DNA of 64,000 nt, taken from NCBI GenBank assembly GCA_021432655.1, contig MU271241.1:31988-95987 (forward strand). The letters run 5' to 3'. Positions 1-12,450 of the stretch are shown piece by piece. Within the stretch, counting starts at the first letter, position 1. Every line of letters begins with the position of its first letter. Under the pieces are notes generated by a model. The model worked only from the letters and a program-made list of their open reading frames with translations, had not been told where the DNA came from and ran no database searches. This stretch comes from Atractiella rhizophila (Eukaryota). The position numbers and the translations under genes were made by a program.

Positions 1-893
1 ATGAGAATGTCAGAAAGGAACACAGTGCTTGGGTGGGTGCTCGATCTTTTGAGATCCTGAATAGCAGGTTCTCTGTTCGTAAATTAATGGTTCCCGGAAA
101 ACGCACAAACGTGCGCTTGATGTAGAGTCTTAATAGTTTGATCGTTGTTCTTAGGGGGTTGTGAACTCTCTTGAGAGTTGCTGAAATGTTCCAGGGAGTT
201 GGTTAGCGCAAGTGAACAGGGAAGACACTCGGCTTGCGCAATCGTAATGCTGTGAGGACGCCCGGCGCCGCACCTTGAATGAGCCAAAGAGGTTATCAGT
301 TGCCTGAGGGCAGTTTGCAGAACTGGGTGAAGTGGAGCGTTGACAACAGGCTGTATGCCGCTTAAGACCGCTTCAGGGTGGTCGTCACGTCAGTGAGACC
401 TGCAATGGAAGGGATGGCTGTTACGCGCGCGTATGGTGCTTAATATATGATTGTTCGAGAACCTGAAGTGATGGCTAATGGAAGGTAATGAAACGAGGTT
501 TGACCCGGCTGAAAACTGTGCGTTAACTGCCGTGATTTTTTGGTTTGATGAAGCCGCTCCAAGGATTTTACTGCTCTTCCCCGAGCGGGCTGCTCCATTT
601 TTCCAGTCCTCCCCGTTCTCACCTACCTTGGTCCGCCTAATCCAGACTGAAATCCGCGATTGGAGAAGAGTTTTCTGACAGATCTCGGCTGAGTCAAGCC
701 ACTTCAGGTTGTTCTCGAAGAAATCCGTCGGCCGTCACAGTGCTTGCTGTCTGAAAGTCAAATCGACCGCGTCCAGGACCCTCACTGACTGTCCGGCCGA
801 TAAGGACGCGTCCAATGCACAAATATAAATATTTGAACGCGAAGAAGCGTCTCTTTCCCTGTTTGCATAGAAACTTCCTGGTCAGTGGACAAA

Positions 894-1151
894 ATGGTCC
901 TTTTGAATAACCCAACCATCTCTCTCGAGCTGCCATACGGTGGAGCGTTTCTTCATCCTTCTTCAGACACAGAACTACCATCGGCTGAGACTGTTTACAG
1001 CGCTAAATGTATCCTCACGCTCCCTAAGCCAAGGCAACAATCTCTTATGACTCTTTCTTGTTTTGCTGATATGAAGGATAGAGCATTACCAGAGATCGTG
1101 ATCACTTTGAGAGGTTTTGGTACAGTGGCTTCTGACAATCGTGTGTTTTCG
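894..1151 (+). pseudogene. 5'-only fragment of the arrestin-fold gene, truncated by the duplication breakpoint inside intron 2
   Basis: Same first two exons as the gene at 3244 (MVLLNNPTISLELP...GTVASDN); homology stops 11 nt after the GTGTGT donor at 1141. Confidence 0.8.
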
Positions 1152-1524
1152 AGGAGCAGTTGTGGAAGAATCAGAATCAGAAAACTCAGATGCAGAGGTG
1201 GGGAGGAAGGGGAAGAATGAATCTGTGCAAATTGAAGAACTCTCGATGCACGGTCTGAAACGACGCACGCTCTTAAATCTCGATGACCTTCCTAGCGCTC
1301 GAACAGCCTCACCAGAGAGCGAAGCGTCTTCTCCGAATAAGAGGGCGAGGAATGAAGACCATGGTTCCTCTCCAGTTAGTGCAGCCGGATCGACGTCAAC
1401 TTCAGCGTCAAGAAGGAGGGGAGAAAGAGAGAGGAGGAGACTGAATAGTCCACGCGTGAGAGAGCAGAGGGAGAGGAGCAGGAGACGACTGCGAAGCCAG
1501 GAAGTCGAGGCACAGGCTAGTTGA
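1152..1524 (+). pseudogene. 3' fragment of an unknown gene (low-complexity S/R/E-rich tail) joined at the duplication junction
   Basis: Open frame GAVVEESESENSDAE...RSQEVEAQAS* begins at the junction and has a disordered-tail composition. Confidence 0.45.
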
Positions 1525-3243
1525 AACAAGCATTGGTCACAACGATACTTATCAGTCAGCCACCTCTGGACTAGACAAGTGTTGCATCATACTCTCTTTC
1601 TGTTATAAACGGACTGAGCAATGCTTGCAACAGGTGTGGTGGAAATAACCTAATTCTCGGTACTATATTGCTGAATCTGGAAGTATATAATGGTACATCT
1701 TTTCTGTAACACATCGACTGGGGTTTGTGATGTGAAATAGTGCAAACAGAAATACAAGCATGTTAGTTGCAATAATTCATTGAATGTTGTGATCGACACG
1801 GTGGACAGGTTATCCTAACACCCTCTCCGTTGCATATTTAGTATAGCTTAATCGTTTACCATACAGGTAATTATTTGGTTACATTTGCCATATCTATTAC
1901 TGTAGCCTATCCAGGCACATCTGAGCCTATGCAGTATTATCCAGCTCCAGCTCAAACTCAAATTAACATCGGAAATTGCAAAAACTTTGACTAGGTTATG
2001 TGACCTAATCTGGTGGGTCCTGTCTCCCCGCAGCCGAACAAATCGCTCTATAACGCCCAGTTTCCTCTCAATGTCGTACTTGTCTTATTACATGGTTTCA
2101 TCATTGATATGGTCCCTCCTCTCCAAAACTCCTCGGTAGCCTTCATTTGCGCAATTTCCCGAAGCAATCCCAAATGTCCCCTCGGAAGCAGCCTCGGAAA
2201 ATGGTGGGTTTGGATAGAGTAAGCATAGCTGACTGGTCAAAGAAGAAGGGTGGTTGCAATTGGTGGGAACTCCAGATCAAGCGTACCCGTGCTCTCCGCG
2301 TAGACGTCGCGGAGACACCGTCAGGCTCTGAGCTGAGTATTGAGCGGTCATGAGAATGTCAGAAAGGAACACAGTGCTTGGGTGGGTGCTCGATCTTTTG
2401 AGATCCTGAATAGCAGGTTCTCTGTTCGTAAATTAATGGTTCCCGGAAAACGCACAAACGTGCGCTTGATGTAGAGTCTTAATAGTTTGATCGTTGTTCT
2501 TAGGGGGTTGTGAACTCTCTTGAGAGTTGCTGAAATGTTCCAGGGAGTTGGTTAGCGCAAGTGAACAGGGAAGACACTCGGCTTGCGCAATCGTAATGCT
2601 GTGAGGACGCCCGGCGCCGCACCTTGAATGAGCCAAAGAGGTTATCAGTTGCCTGAGGGCAGTTTGCAGAACTGGGTGAAGTTGAGCGTTGACAACAGGC
2701 TGTATGCCGCTTAAGACTGCTTCAGGGTGGTCATCACGTCAGTGAGACCTGCAATGGAAGGGATGGCTGTTACGCGCGCGTATGGTGCTTAATATATGAT
2801 TGTTCGAGAACCTGAAGTGATGGCTAATGGAAGGTAATGAAACGAGGTTTGACCCGGCTGAAAACTGTGCGTTAACTGCCGTGGTTTTTTTGGTTTGATG
2901 AAGCCGCTCCAAGGATTTTACTGCTCTTCCCCGAGCGGGCTGCTCCATTTTTCCAGTCCTCCCCGTTCTCACCTACCTTGATCCGCCTAATCCAGACTGA
3001 AATCCGCGATTGCAGAAGAGTTTTCTGACAGATCTCGGCTGAGTCAAGCCACTTCAGGTTGTTCTCGAAGAAATCCGTCGGCCGTCACAGTGCTTGCTGT
3101 TTGAAAGTCAAATCGACCGCGTCCAGGACCCTCACTGACTGTCCGGCCGATAAGGACGCGTCCAATGCACAAATATAAATATTTGAACGCGAAGAAGCGT
3201 CTCTTTCCCTGTTTGCATAGAAACTTCCTGGCCAGTGGACAAA

Positions 3244-4691
3244 ATGGTCCTTTTGAATAACCCAACCATCTCTCTCGAGCTGCCATACGGTGGAGCGTTT
3301 CTTCATCCTTCTTCAGACACAGAACTACCATCGGCTGAGACTGTTTACAGCGCTAAATGTATCCTCACCCTCCCTAAGCCAAGGCAACAACTGTTATTAC
3401 TCTTTCTTGTTTTGCTGATATGAAGGATAGAGCATTACCAGAGATCGTGATCACTTTGAGAGGTTTTGGTACAGTGGCTTCTGACAATCGTGTGTTTTCG
3501 TCCCTCTCTCCGCGCACTTCATTGAGAGAGAACAGTTTGGGAAGAGTGGACCCCCATTGATAAGGAGTTACGATTACCTGCAAGCTCAAAATTGTTCGCA
3601 CCTGGGGAATACACGTAAGCTTGATCGCGCAGTCAGAGCGAAAGTAACGAGGTGCTTCTGAAGCTTCGAGTTCTCTTTTATCATACCTGCCAGTTCTGCT
3701 CCTTACGATCGCGGACAGTACGGGAGGGTCTATCATAAATTGACAGCCATTGCAAAAGGCGTCGGAATGTTTGGCTCCAACATCAGTTCTGAGGCTCTCC
3801 TTCCCGTCGTAGTGAATCCAACTCCGGAAAATTGTACTCCTGCTGGTTTGAGCCTTGAAGTGCAGGATATACATGACGAAGTTGGGGTGCGTTTCAATTT
3901 GATGGAATTCCTTTTATTGATCGCGACGAATCAGCCATATCTTGTCAGTGCGCTGTCTAGAAACATGATGGTGGCTGGTGTCATCGTCCTCGGATTCTCT
4001 CTCGCTGCTCCGCCATCGAGACTCCACATCTTCACGGTCACTTGGTCAATCTTGCAGACTTATCACTTGAAATTTCCAAAAAGCAAGACTGAATCCCATC
4101 CACCGCCACAGACGCGCATCATCTGGAGGGTAGGCGAAACCCCCACAAGCCTCCCCAATTCAAGTTCAAAGAACCCGTATATGACGCTAGAAGCGGGAGA
4201 AGAGTTCATCCTTGTCGAGCAGAAACGATTACCAAATGACAATCAGCTGCGTCCCTCAACATTTCCTGGTACAAACACCCCAATTAACGTCAGTCATCAG
4301 ATCGTCTTTCAGTGTCACTATGCAGTGGATGGAGGACCAAGGAAGATTTTAGAGATCCGACGGCCCGTGGACATAGCTTCTGTATGCCTGTTCCCTTGAC
4401 ATCCTATCAAGGCACTGACAAATAACAGTGTTGCATTGTGCTGGATGATTCGCTGATTCTTCCAGAGTATCGTCAAACACAGGAGGTGATTTCACCAAAG
4501 AAGGAAGATTGTTGCCTTTGTTTGCTAGATGAGCGTATGTTCTCCTCTCAGGGAGAGCGTCCGCTGCTAACATGATCGCTCTAGGTGCAATGGCGAAGAA
4601 ATATCAGTACGAGATCGAACCATTACCGATACACGATCGGGGGAGTTCATCTGTCTCGCTACCAAAATATGAATACGAGCCGCCTGTTTGA
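3244..4691 (+). CDS. Arrestin-fold (alpha-arrestin-like) protein, multi-exon
   Basis: Spliced reading gives PGEYTFEFSFIIPASSAPYDRGQYGRVYHKLTA (arrestin-N-like), RLPNDNQLRPST...INVSHQIVF...RPVDIASCC, and C-terminal LPEY/LPKY PY-type motifs. Confidence 0.8.
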
Positions 4692-5290
4692 ACACGAAGC
4701 TCAGAGTCGCACACCACTCTACGCGTTGTCGACAGGGCATTTACGCTCCTCACATTCAACATTGGAGGGGCGAATGGATATCCATCCTCTTTGAGGGACG
4801 GACTGATCACCCACTCATCCTTTTCGAATCGATGCTTCCAAATGGGTTATGGTTCACTTCGTCTTTTCGCAAGGTGTTACGTTACTTCAAACATAAATAT
4901 ATCCACGTTGTGATTACTTCAAGCGTTAGATTTACATATTTCATAATGATAACAATAATTGAATACTCGTCCTATTTCACCTGTGATCTGAAGACTTTAG
5001 TTCCCTCCTGGATAACATTACTTCTGTGTGGTGGCACCGTTAGTTCTCTGTGGCTTCATTGCGATTCTGTTGAAAATTTGTAAGGTGTCCCTTGATAGAG
5101 CTCAGTTCTTCTGATCTCAGGGAGACGTGAAATGATTCATTGACACAAAGAAGGAGCTGGCACTAACTTCCCCGTAACAGTACAACAAGAACCAGACCAA
5201 CCACTCAAACAGACTCTTGAGCACTCCAGAGTATAAACACGATGAAAACCAACCGCAAATGAACACAGACGATCGAGAAAGTATCATTCT

Positions 5291-6899
5291 TCAGTGACTT
5301 TGACTCGCACTCCCGTAACTCTCTGGACTATTACTATTACTCGTACTCGCGACTCGTTCTTGTTCGTCTCGTATGGGTATCGGCTGAGGACGTCGTGGGG
5401 AATGCGTCGGTGACGAATCTGGAGATCCGGATATCGACATTCGACAAGTTGGGCACTGTGACGCGAAATAAAATGGATTAGATGTATCCAAAAAAGCTGG
5501 CATGAAACAGCAGATGAAGAAAATCGTCTTACAATTCGCCGGATAGACAGTAACCAATGGTCCACCTCCTCTGCATGAAAACCATGCCCGCACGGTAGGA
5601 CGCGCACCCTGTCACCCGCCACGAACTCGTCAAGACAGATGGCGCAAGAAACGGGGAGGGGAAACGATCGTCGACGCTTCTTCTTCCGGGAGCAAGACCG
5701 GGAGGAGGAAGTTGGCAATCGGGGAGGGGAGGATGGGCCGGCTTCTGCGTTTGCTGTCTCTTCTTCTCCTTGTGGGGTCGGCAGTGGAGAGAAGGGAATG
5801 AACCACCATGATGGTCGTCTCGGTGCGGAAGGACGAAGAAGGGCAGTTTCCTCGGTTGGGGATGTGGGATTCGAAGCGGAATGCGAGGATCCTTTCTCGA
5901 TATCCAAGTTCTCTCCCCATATGACGACCTTGAGTCGATCGACGAGCTCCTTTGGGGCTCGCTGCGCCTTCCGTTCACGCACGATACGCCAGCGATGGAT
6001 GATGAGAGTGATGCATGTGAGGACGGAAGGGAGGAAGAGGAGCAAAAGGAGGAGGTCGAGGAGTGGCCAGCTCCAGGTCTGGTCTTGGGAGAGGATGATG
6101 CGTAGACCTTTCACCTTCCTGTTTCCATGGTCGAGGGACACTGTTTCACCCTCCTCGATAATGAGTCGCTCCAGGTCCACCCGTGACTTGCCAGATGTGA
6201 AGACAGCATGAATCTCGACGCTGTCGGCCTCTGCGCCAAAGGAGTACATGGTGATGAGAGAGGAGGAAGCAGCGCTCTTGCCACCGACGACTATAGCTCG
6301 TGCTCCTAACGCTTGGGAATGGAGAACTTTGGAGGAGAAGTTGCAGCCACCCCGGGTGGTGAGAGAGATCCAATTGGAGGGGACGGAATGGTTTGAGTGT
6401 AAGGAGAGTGTGCCATTAGGAGGACACCCGAACGGATTGTTGGACGGTTCAATGTCCTCGATGGGTATCAGGATGCCGCTGAGGCCAACCGGAGAGAGGA
6501 TAGGAGGTGAGAATGCTGCTGCTCTTGAAGGATGGATGGAATTCGATGACTTTCAATATGTCATTCGTCACGCCTTTCCTTCGACACATGAAAGCGTAAA
6601 AGACGACGTACCTCTACAAAAATAGAGCTCTCTGCCATGCTACCAATGAAAGGACTTGGAACCCTCCACCATCCCTTGGAGTCCATTTCGTGATCATCAT
6701 TGGCCACACCGAGCCCCAGCCACTCAGTGATCCGATCCATCACTCCATCAAAGCCAATCAGTGCTTGTTCGCATCCGAATTCGAATCCTTTGATCAAGTG
6801 GAAGTTGGTTGCCGGCGCTGTGAGCTGCAGAACGGCAAAAAGGAGAACAATGGCGACCGTTGAGGCCAGAAACACGCGTACTTCAAAAGGCAGACGCAT
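5291..6899 (-). CDS. PA-domain, transmembrane, RING-H2 E3 ubiquitin ligase
   Basis: N-terminal hydrophobic segment; PA motif RGGCNFSSKV..SQALGARAIVVG; TM LLDLLLLLLFLPSVLTCITLII; CAICLDEF...LPCGHGFH...CPTC. Confidence 0.92.
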
Positions 6900-7070
6900 C
6901 GCTATTCACCCTCGAGCGAGTGTGCCCTCTTAAGATTAGTCTTGCTCAATCGTTGACTTGGTCGTTTGTGAGCCATTTTCGGATCCGGGGTGGCACTTTC
7001 CGCGGGAACGAAGGACAACCATCAACGATTTCGCTGACGATTCGAGAGTAATCAAGGATCTGAGCGAAAG

Positions 7071-8362
7071 ATGTCCAACAACCCCTTTGCGCCCCCTCAG
7101 CCAGGCAGCGCCGAGGCAAGGTTTCCTCCTCTGTCTTCTCCTTCTCCCCAGCCCGGACAGTACCAGCAGCAGCAGCAGTTCCAGCAGCCTCAGTTCTCGC
7201 AACCACAACAAGCTTACTCCCAGCCTCAATTCCTCTCTTCCACGCCCTCCGTCTCTGGATTTCAGCCCACGTCTTCTTTCGGACAGGGTCTACAGCCCCA
7301 GTATGGGCAGCAGCAGCAGCAACCGTTCTATGGCGGCGGCGGAATGGGTGGCATGACCGCTCAGCCCACGGGATTCTATTCTAGCCCGTCCCCGATGCCT
7401 CAGGCTCCAGTAGCTGATTTGGACCCTTATTCCTCTATTTCATCATGGGGAGGACAAGCTCCACCAACGACTATCGGATATCAAACTACGACCGTCTGGG
7501 TCCCTTCTCCTTCTCCTTCGATTCCAGTAAACGAGAACCATCCGAAAGGCTACGTGCAGAGCCATCGGCAGGATCTGGAGAAGTGGGACCCTTATAATTG
7601 GAAACAGCTCATCGGTAAGTACGACGGATTGGAGAAGAGTTGGAAGGAGCGATTGGATGACATTGAGAAATTGTTTGGATGGAGGAAGGATGCACATGGT
7701 AGCTCAAGGTATCAAGATCTCAAGAAGGACTGCGAAGATAAAATAGGTACGTTTTTGCATTGTTGCCACATAGCAGCACGGGATAAAGGGAGTTTGAAGG
7801 CTTGATATCTGCCTCGAAATTTCAATGCTCCGAAGTCGAACAATCATATCGGCATTCGAGCGATTCCACCTCTCGTTCCCGCGTCCGTCAGGCCCTCAAC
7901 GACTCCCTCAAATCCCTTCCCGAATTCGCAACGAACGTGTCAAACGAGGAGTCCGCTCTCATCGCAGAAGGCGAGCAAATCCGTGCCGAAGAAGCTCGCC
8001 AACGCGAGATCGAACGACAACGAGAGGAGCAACGAAAGGCGTTCGAGAGGCAGCAGGAGGAGCAGAGGAAGGCGCAGGAGATGTACGAGAAGCAAAGACG
8101 CGAGGTTGCCGAGGCCCAGGCGCGTCAAGCTTACCAACAGGCTTACCAACAACAGGCTGGGTTCCAACAGCAGCAGCAGCAGCAGTTTGGAATGGCTGGA
8201 ATGGGATTGCAGCCTCAAATGGGTTATGCGACTGGCATGAATGGAATGATGCAGTCTCAGCCGACTGGATACCCTGGAATGTACCAACAACAGCCTCAAC
8301 AGCAATTCCCTGGACAACAAGGCTACGGGTATGGTGGAGGGGGTGGATTTGGTTATCAATGA
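7071..8362 (+). CDS. Q/G/P-rich protein with QPTG-type repeats, an N-terminal NPF motif and a coiled coil; function unknown
   Basis: Two long ORFs (7071..7805, 7802..8362) joined by an intron with a GTACGT donor near 7748; NNPF, AQPTGF, SQPTGY; poly-Q tracts. Confidence 0.8.
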
Positions 8363-8645
8363 GTTTGACAGTTTCATTTCAATAAGTTGGAAATAAGGGC
8401 GTGCAATTTGCTCTGGATTTTGGAGTTTCTGTCCTTGTTTGAAACGTTTTCTGCCAAGTATATGTATGAAAAGTATTTATTCTTCTCGACTTAGACATTT
8501 ATGATTCAATAGTCCGAAGATGTATCCATAACCAAAGGGAACCGACGAGTGAAGAAACACTCCAAGGGCTAGTCACAAGAAGCATAAGAACGGACGCGAA
8601 AAGGGAGTTCATCGTTGATTGATGGGACTGAGCAGGACGGAGGGC

Positions 8646-10525
8646 TCAGCCGCACCGCGCAGGAGGCAGTTGGCAACGAACACAAAACTCAAAAAAGACA
8701 AAGGTGGTACTAACATACAGACGATGAGTGGAGCCACTTAATGTGTTAGTGCTGACTTGGAGGAATGATGATACAACTTGTTTCTCTGATGGGCGAACTG
8801 TGCAACGGGAGCTAAAAATGGGAGAAGAAAACCTAACAGCTTGAGGCTGTATTATAAAGCGTAGGCCAATGCCCAAAGGATGATGGCCAAACGTCCACGT
8901 ACGTATCTCGATACACCGAAGGGGGTGTACGATCTAAGGATCATCGATGTTCGTCCAAAGTGGATATAATCCTACGTCTGCCGATAGGGACCTGCGTGAG
9001 GGGGCCAATCGTAGGAATATCCGGCACTTGAGCTAGAAGAACTACCCGAACGGACGGAGGCACCTTGATCGAGACTGAATGTTGTGGGGGCAGGCTTGGG
9101 AATTAAGGTAGCAGTCGGGGAATGATAATCGTCCGTGTATCCCGGAGTAGGAAGCAACGGAGCCCTAAGATCAAAGACTTGAGGTTGGAGGTTCATCGAA
9201 GCCATCATATCGCCGACTCCAGCCCCGGCAGCAAGGTTCACTGTCCCTCCTTTCATGCGAGTCGCGGGGGCATCGTCATCCTCAAACTCTCCAGACGCCG
9301 TGCTTCTCATATGACTGACATTCCATGAATTTTGAAAGCTGACCATCGAAAAACGCAAACGCAAAGGAGCCGTTGCGTTCCTTCTCCTCCCGCCAGGGTT
9401 CAAAGGCATAACTGGAGAAGTATTCAAAGTGCGCGTCCGTGAGTGAGGTCTCGAAAGCGGGAGCTGCAAAGGGGTGGAGGGTGGATACATGAGGAAATTC
9501 TTTTGGTAGCTGAGTGCGTTCCTTGCTGCGGAAGACATTGGGGGCTGCACCATAACAGGGACGGGGAGGTCTGGTTCCATGGAGCGAAGTGGTGAAGGAG
9601 AACGATCACTGTGAGAGGTAGACGTGGTTTGAGGGGGAGGGCTAGTGAAGAATTGGAGTTCGTCGGTGAGAGCGACATCTTGAAGCGATTGCACCTTCTG
9701 GCGCGACCCTCCCTTCGATGACGATGCCGCGTTAGAAGATGAGTCTGCATTAGACGGTAGGGCTGATTTGGAGGGTAGGGTTTCCTTGAACGCTGAGGCC
9801 GCTTTAGAAGACGAGCCTGCCTTGGAGGACGACGCCAGCTTGGTGTGGGTCTTGGAGGATGAGCCGACTGTTGAGGCCTTCTCCTTCTCCTCTCTCGCTT
9901 CCGCTTTCTTCTGACGAACGCTAGCGGCTTCTTCTCTGAAAAGTGCCCATAATCAGAAACGAAGAGGGGGGAAAGACACAAAAACCAACGCAGAGACGGG
10001 TTCGTATACGCACGGACCCAGTTGCAGTCGCGGTCTTCCCGCCCTACCAACACGCTTCCAACCATTCTCCGCCTTCTCAGCAGCCTCGGCAGCGCTCTTG
10101 TGAGCTTCTTTGCAGTGAGAACAGGGCTGCTTCCCGTCGCATTTCACTTTCCTATTCCACACCGCATCTTGTCAAGTCACCATTCCAGGAGCCTCAGACA
10201 CGCGACAGTGAAACAAGAAAGGTTGGGAATAAAGGCCTAAAAGAGCTGGATAGAAAGAGATGGGGGAAAGAAGATGATGCCAGAGAAACAGAGGACAAGA
10301 AAGGACCCTGAATAAGGAGTGGTAAAAGGCGTACCGTCTTCGGCAGCGCGTGCATGCCATGGCGTTCCTAGCCCACTGCCCATGGCCAAATCTGGGACGT
10401 TTCTTCGACTTCCCAACCATTTCAAGGTCTTCAGAGCCCTCTGCCATACCCTCTAAATACTGGTCTCCCCCAGAGTGAGGTGGTGGGGAGGTGTCGGCGG
10501 AATGGTGGGAGCTGGTGGAATGCAT
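8646..10525 (-). CDS. Zn(II)2Cys6 fungal transcription factor (3' end approximate)
   Basis: Spliced ACTRCRRR|KVKCDGKQPCSHC...CVY followed by a basic stretch and a long S/P-rich region. Confidence 0.85.
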
Positions 10526-10876
10526 GTTTTTCGCAGTTTAAGTATCAGGGATATAAGAAAGCAGTTTCGCAAGTCGTCGTAGGTGTGTACTTGGGGTAGA
10601 AGATGTCCTGACTGTATGAAATGTTGCCACCAATGTTTGGATCCAATGGTCAGAACAAACGCTCCCCGGCGCAGCAGGCGAACTTAGGCGATCTTCCAGA
10701 TCTGGAAATTGAAACGTTACTCAAATTAAACAAGCACTGGCCTGACCTAATCGCATTCAAGGCATCCTCAAAATATGGCATAAATACAGTATGATCCTTT
10801 GGATTTGTGGTAATATAATGACATCTTCGCCTGAGCAAAGGGAGTGATTGGGAGCCACAACATCGTCCACAAATGA

Positions 10877-11824
10877 TCAGGGTTGAAAAATGCCTACGTG
10901 CTGCACAAAATAGGACTTGCCAACGTCTAAATCATGAAGAACGTCCATTCCATCTATAACTCTCCCTAGGCGAAAGATTCTGCTTGGTGCTGTATTTACT
11001 GCAGGATATTCCTGCGGTTCAAGAATGAAGCCCAGTCGAAGCTCTAAATAAACGCTCCGTTTAGCCCTAGCTTGTTGTTCAATCATCGTACCACTTACCT
11101 CGTGATTTGAAAGACTCAAGGAAGATTTCACCTGTTGAGAATTGTGACGGCGCTCCCAGATTATGCAAAGGCGATTCGTGAAGAGTTTCGTCCTTGCTGT
11201 CGCAAAACATGGAGCTGAATCACACGGTGAATTGATTGATTTAGCATACCATGGCGGAGAACGTACCAAATAAGAGATTCTACTCGGAGCTCGTGTTTCT
11301 CGTTATTGCGATCCAGCTCCCGAAGAAGCAGTTTGAGAGAATCCTGCGAGTCAGTAGGTAAAATACAGTACACCATGGGAAACAATAGTTACAAGAACCA
11401 AATCAGAGCCACTTGGAGTCTCAAGCTACTTACGAGTTAGCTTCAGGCTATGGAACTTAGTCAGTTGGTTCCAGCTCACCTTTATCATAACCAATCCAAT
11501 GGGAGCACCTCCCAGAGTGCCAAGCACAAACCGAATCACACTACCATCACGTATTCCATCATAGGCGCCATTTTCTTTATTCCGTTCATCTTGACCTTCC
11601 GGAAGTTCTATTTCTTCAAGTGGTTTCTGTTGTTTCTGTGATGCCTCAGTGGACAGAAGAGGAACAGCGGGTGTTTGCTGCAACTCTAACAGCTTCTGGA
11701 TCAGGGTCTTCAGCTCGGACACTTCGTCTTTCATATTCTTTATTTCCTTCGTCAGATGGCCAACGGTGTGACGGAGCTCCATAAACTCCCGCTGCAATAT
11801 CTCTCCGCTGGCTTGTTCTCCCAT
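10877..11824 (-). CDS. Coiled-coil plus highly divergent cyclophilin-like domain, 5 exons
   Basis: Four canonical introns (e.g. 11426-11479, 11344-11392) give a continuous frame; IRFVLGTLGGAPIGLVMIKL and FRLGRVIDGMDVLHDLD resemble the first strands and the final FGxVxxGMDV motif of cyclophilins. Confidence 0.6.
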
Positions 11825-12450
11825 TTCGGATGAGTGTATAGAGAATCGGTAGATTTGTGTGCCTAAGTAATATTTGCCCTGTTACAGGATCTATCCAAGA
11901 TAGAAATAATTATTAGGCAAGTCATATCAATGACTGACTACTAGAGCTCGCAGTTGAAGCTTCTTCCTCGATGGATTGATCATACCACAAGGAACATTGC
12001 TGAGAACTATTTAATCGATTCTCCATTCTTTCGACAGCTCCATGGACGTCTCTAGGTGTCACTTCCCATGAGGATATTATTCCTATCAGAAATTATTAAT
12101 TGTTCACGTTAGGGTCGCGAACAATGCTCATCCCGAACAATGCAGGTAAAATAAGCACAATAGCTTTACGCCATTTTCATCGATAGCCTTCCATAACAGC
12201 CTCTTGCTCATACACGCGGTTTTGCTCATCAATTAGAGGAATGTAATAGCCCACCTGCTCACTCTCGTAACCCAGTTGTATGTATCAGATCAGCTCTATC
12301 CAATACCCGGAATAACCAGACTTCTGCATTACTGTCCATGATGAAAACAAGACAAGGGGTCGCGCAGCAAACTCTATGTCTAGTTTCCAAACAAACTTTA
12401 TTGGACAAGCCACTTTTGCCACTACCGCTTCTCGCGACTGCAACAGCAAG

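Larger units (their letters stand above)
1..3500. repeat. Tandem segmental duplication, period 2349 bp (1-1151 matches 2350-3500; copy 1 probably extends left of the window)
   Basis: ATGAGAATGTCAGAAAGG occurs at 1 and 2350; the copies are near-identical until ...GTGTGTTTTCG at 1151/3500, then diverge abruptly; duplicated ORFs in the track (84..287 = 2433..2636). Confidence 0.97.

Noticed and set aside
11161..11385. MULE-transposase-like FPMVYCILP...LKLLL segment in the ORF track
   Set aside because: FPMVYCILP falls inside a canonical intron (11344-11392, GTAACT...TACTGAC...CAG) of the cyclophilin-like gene.
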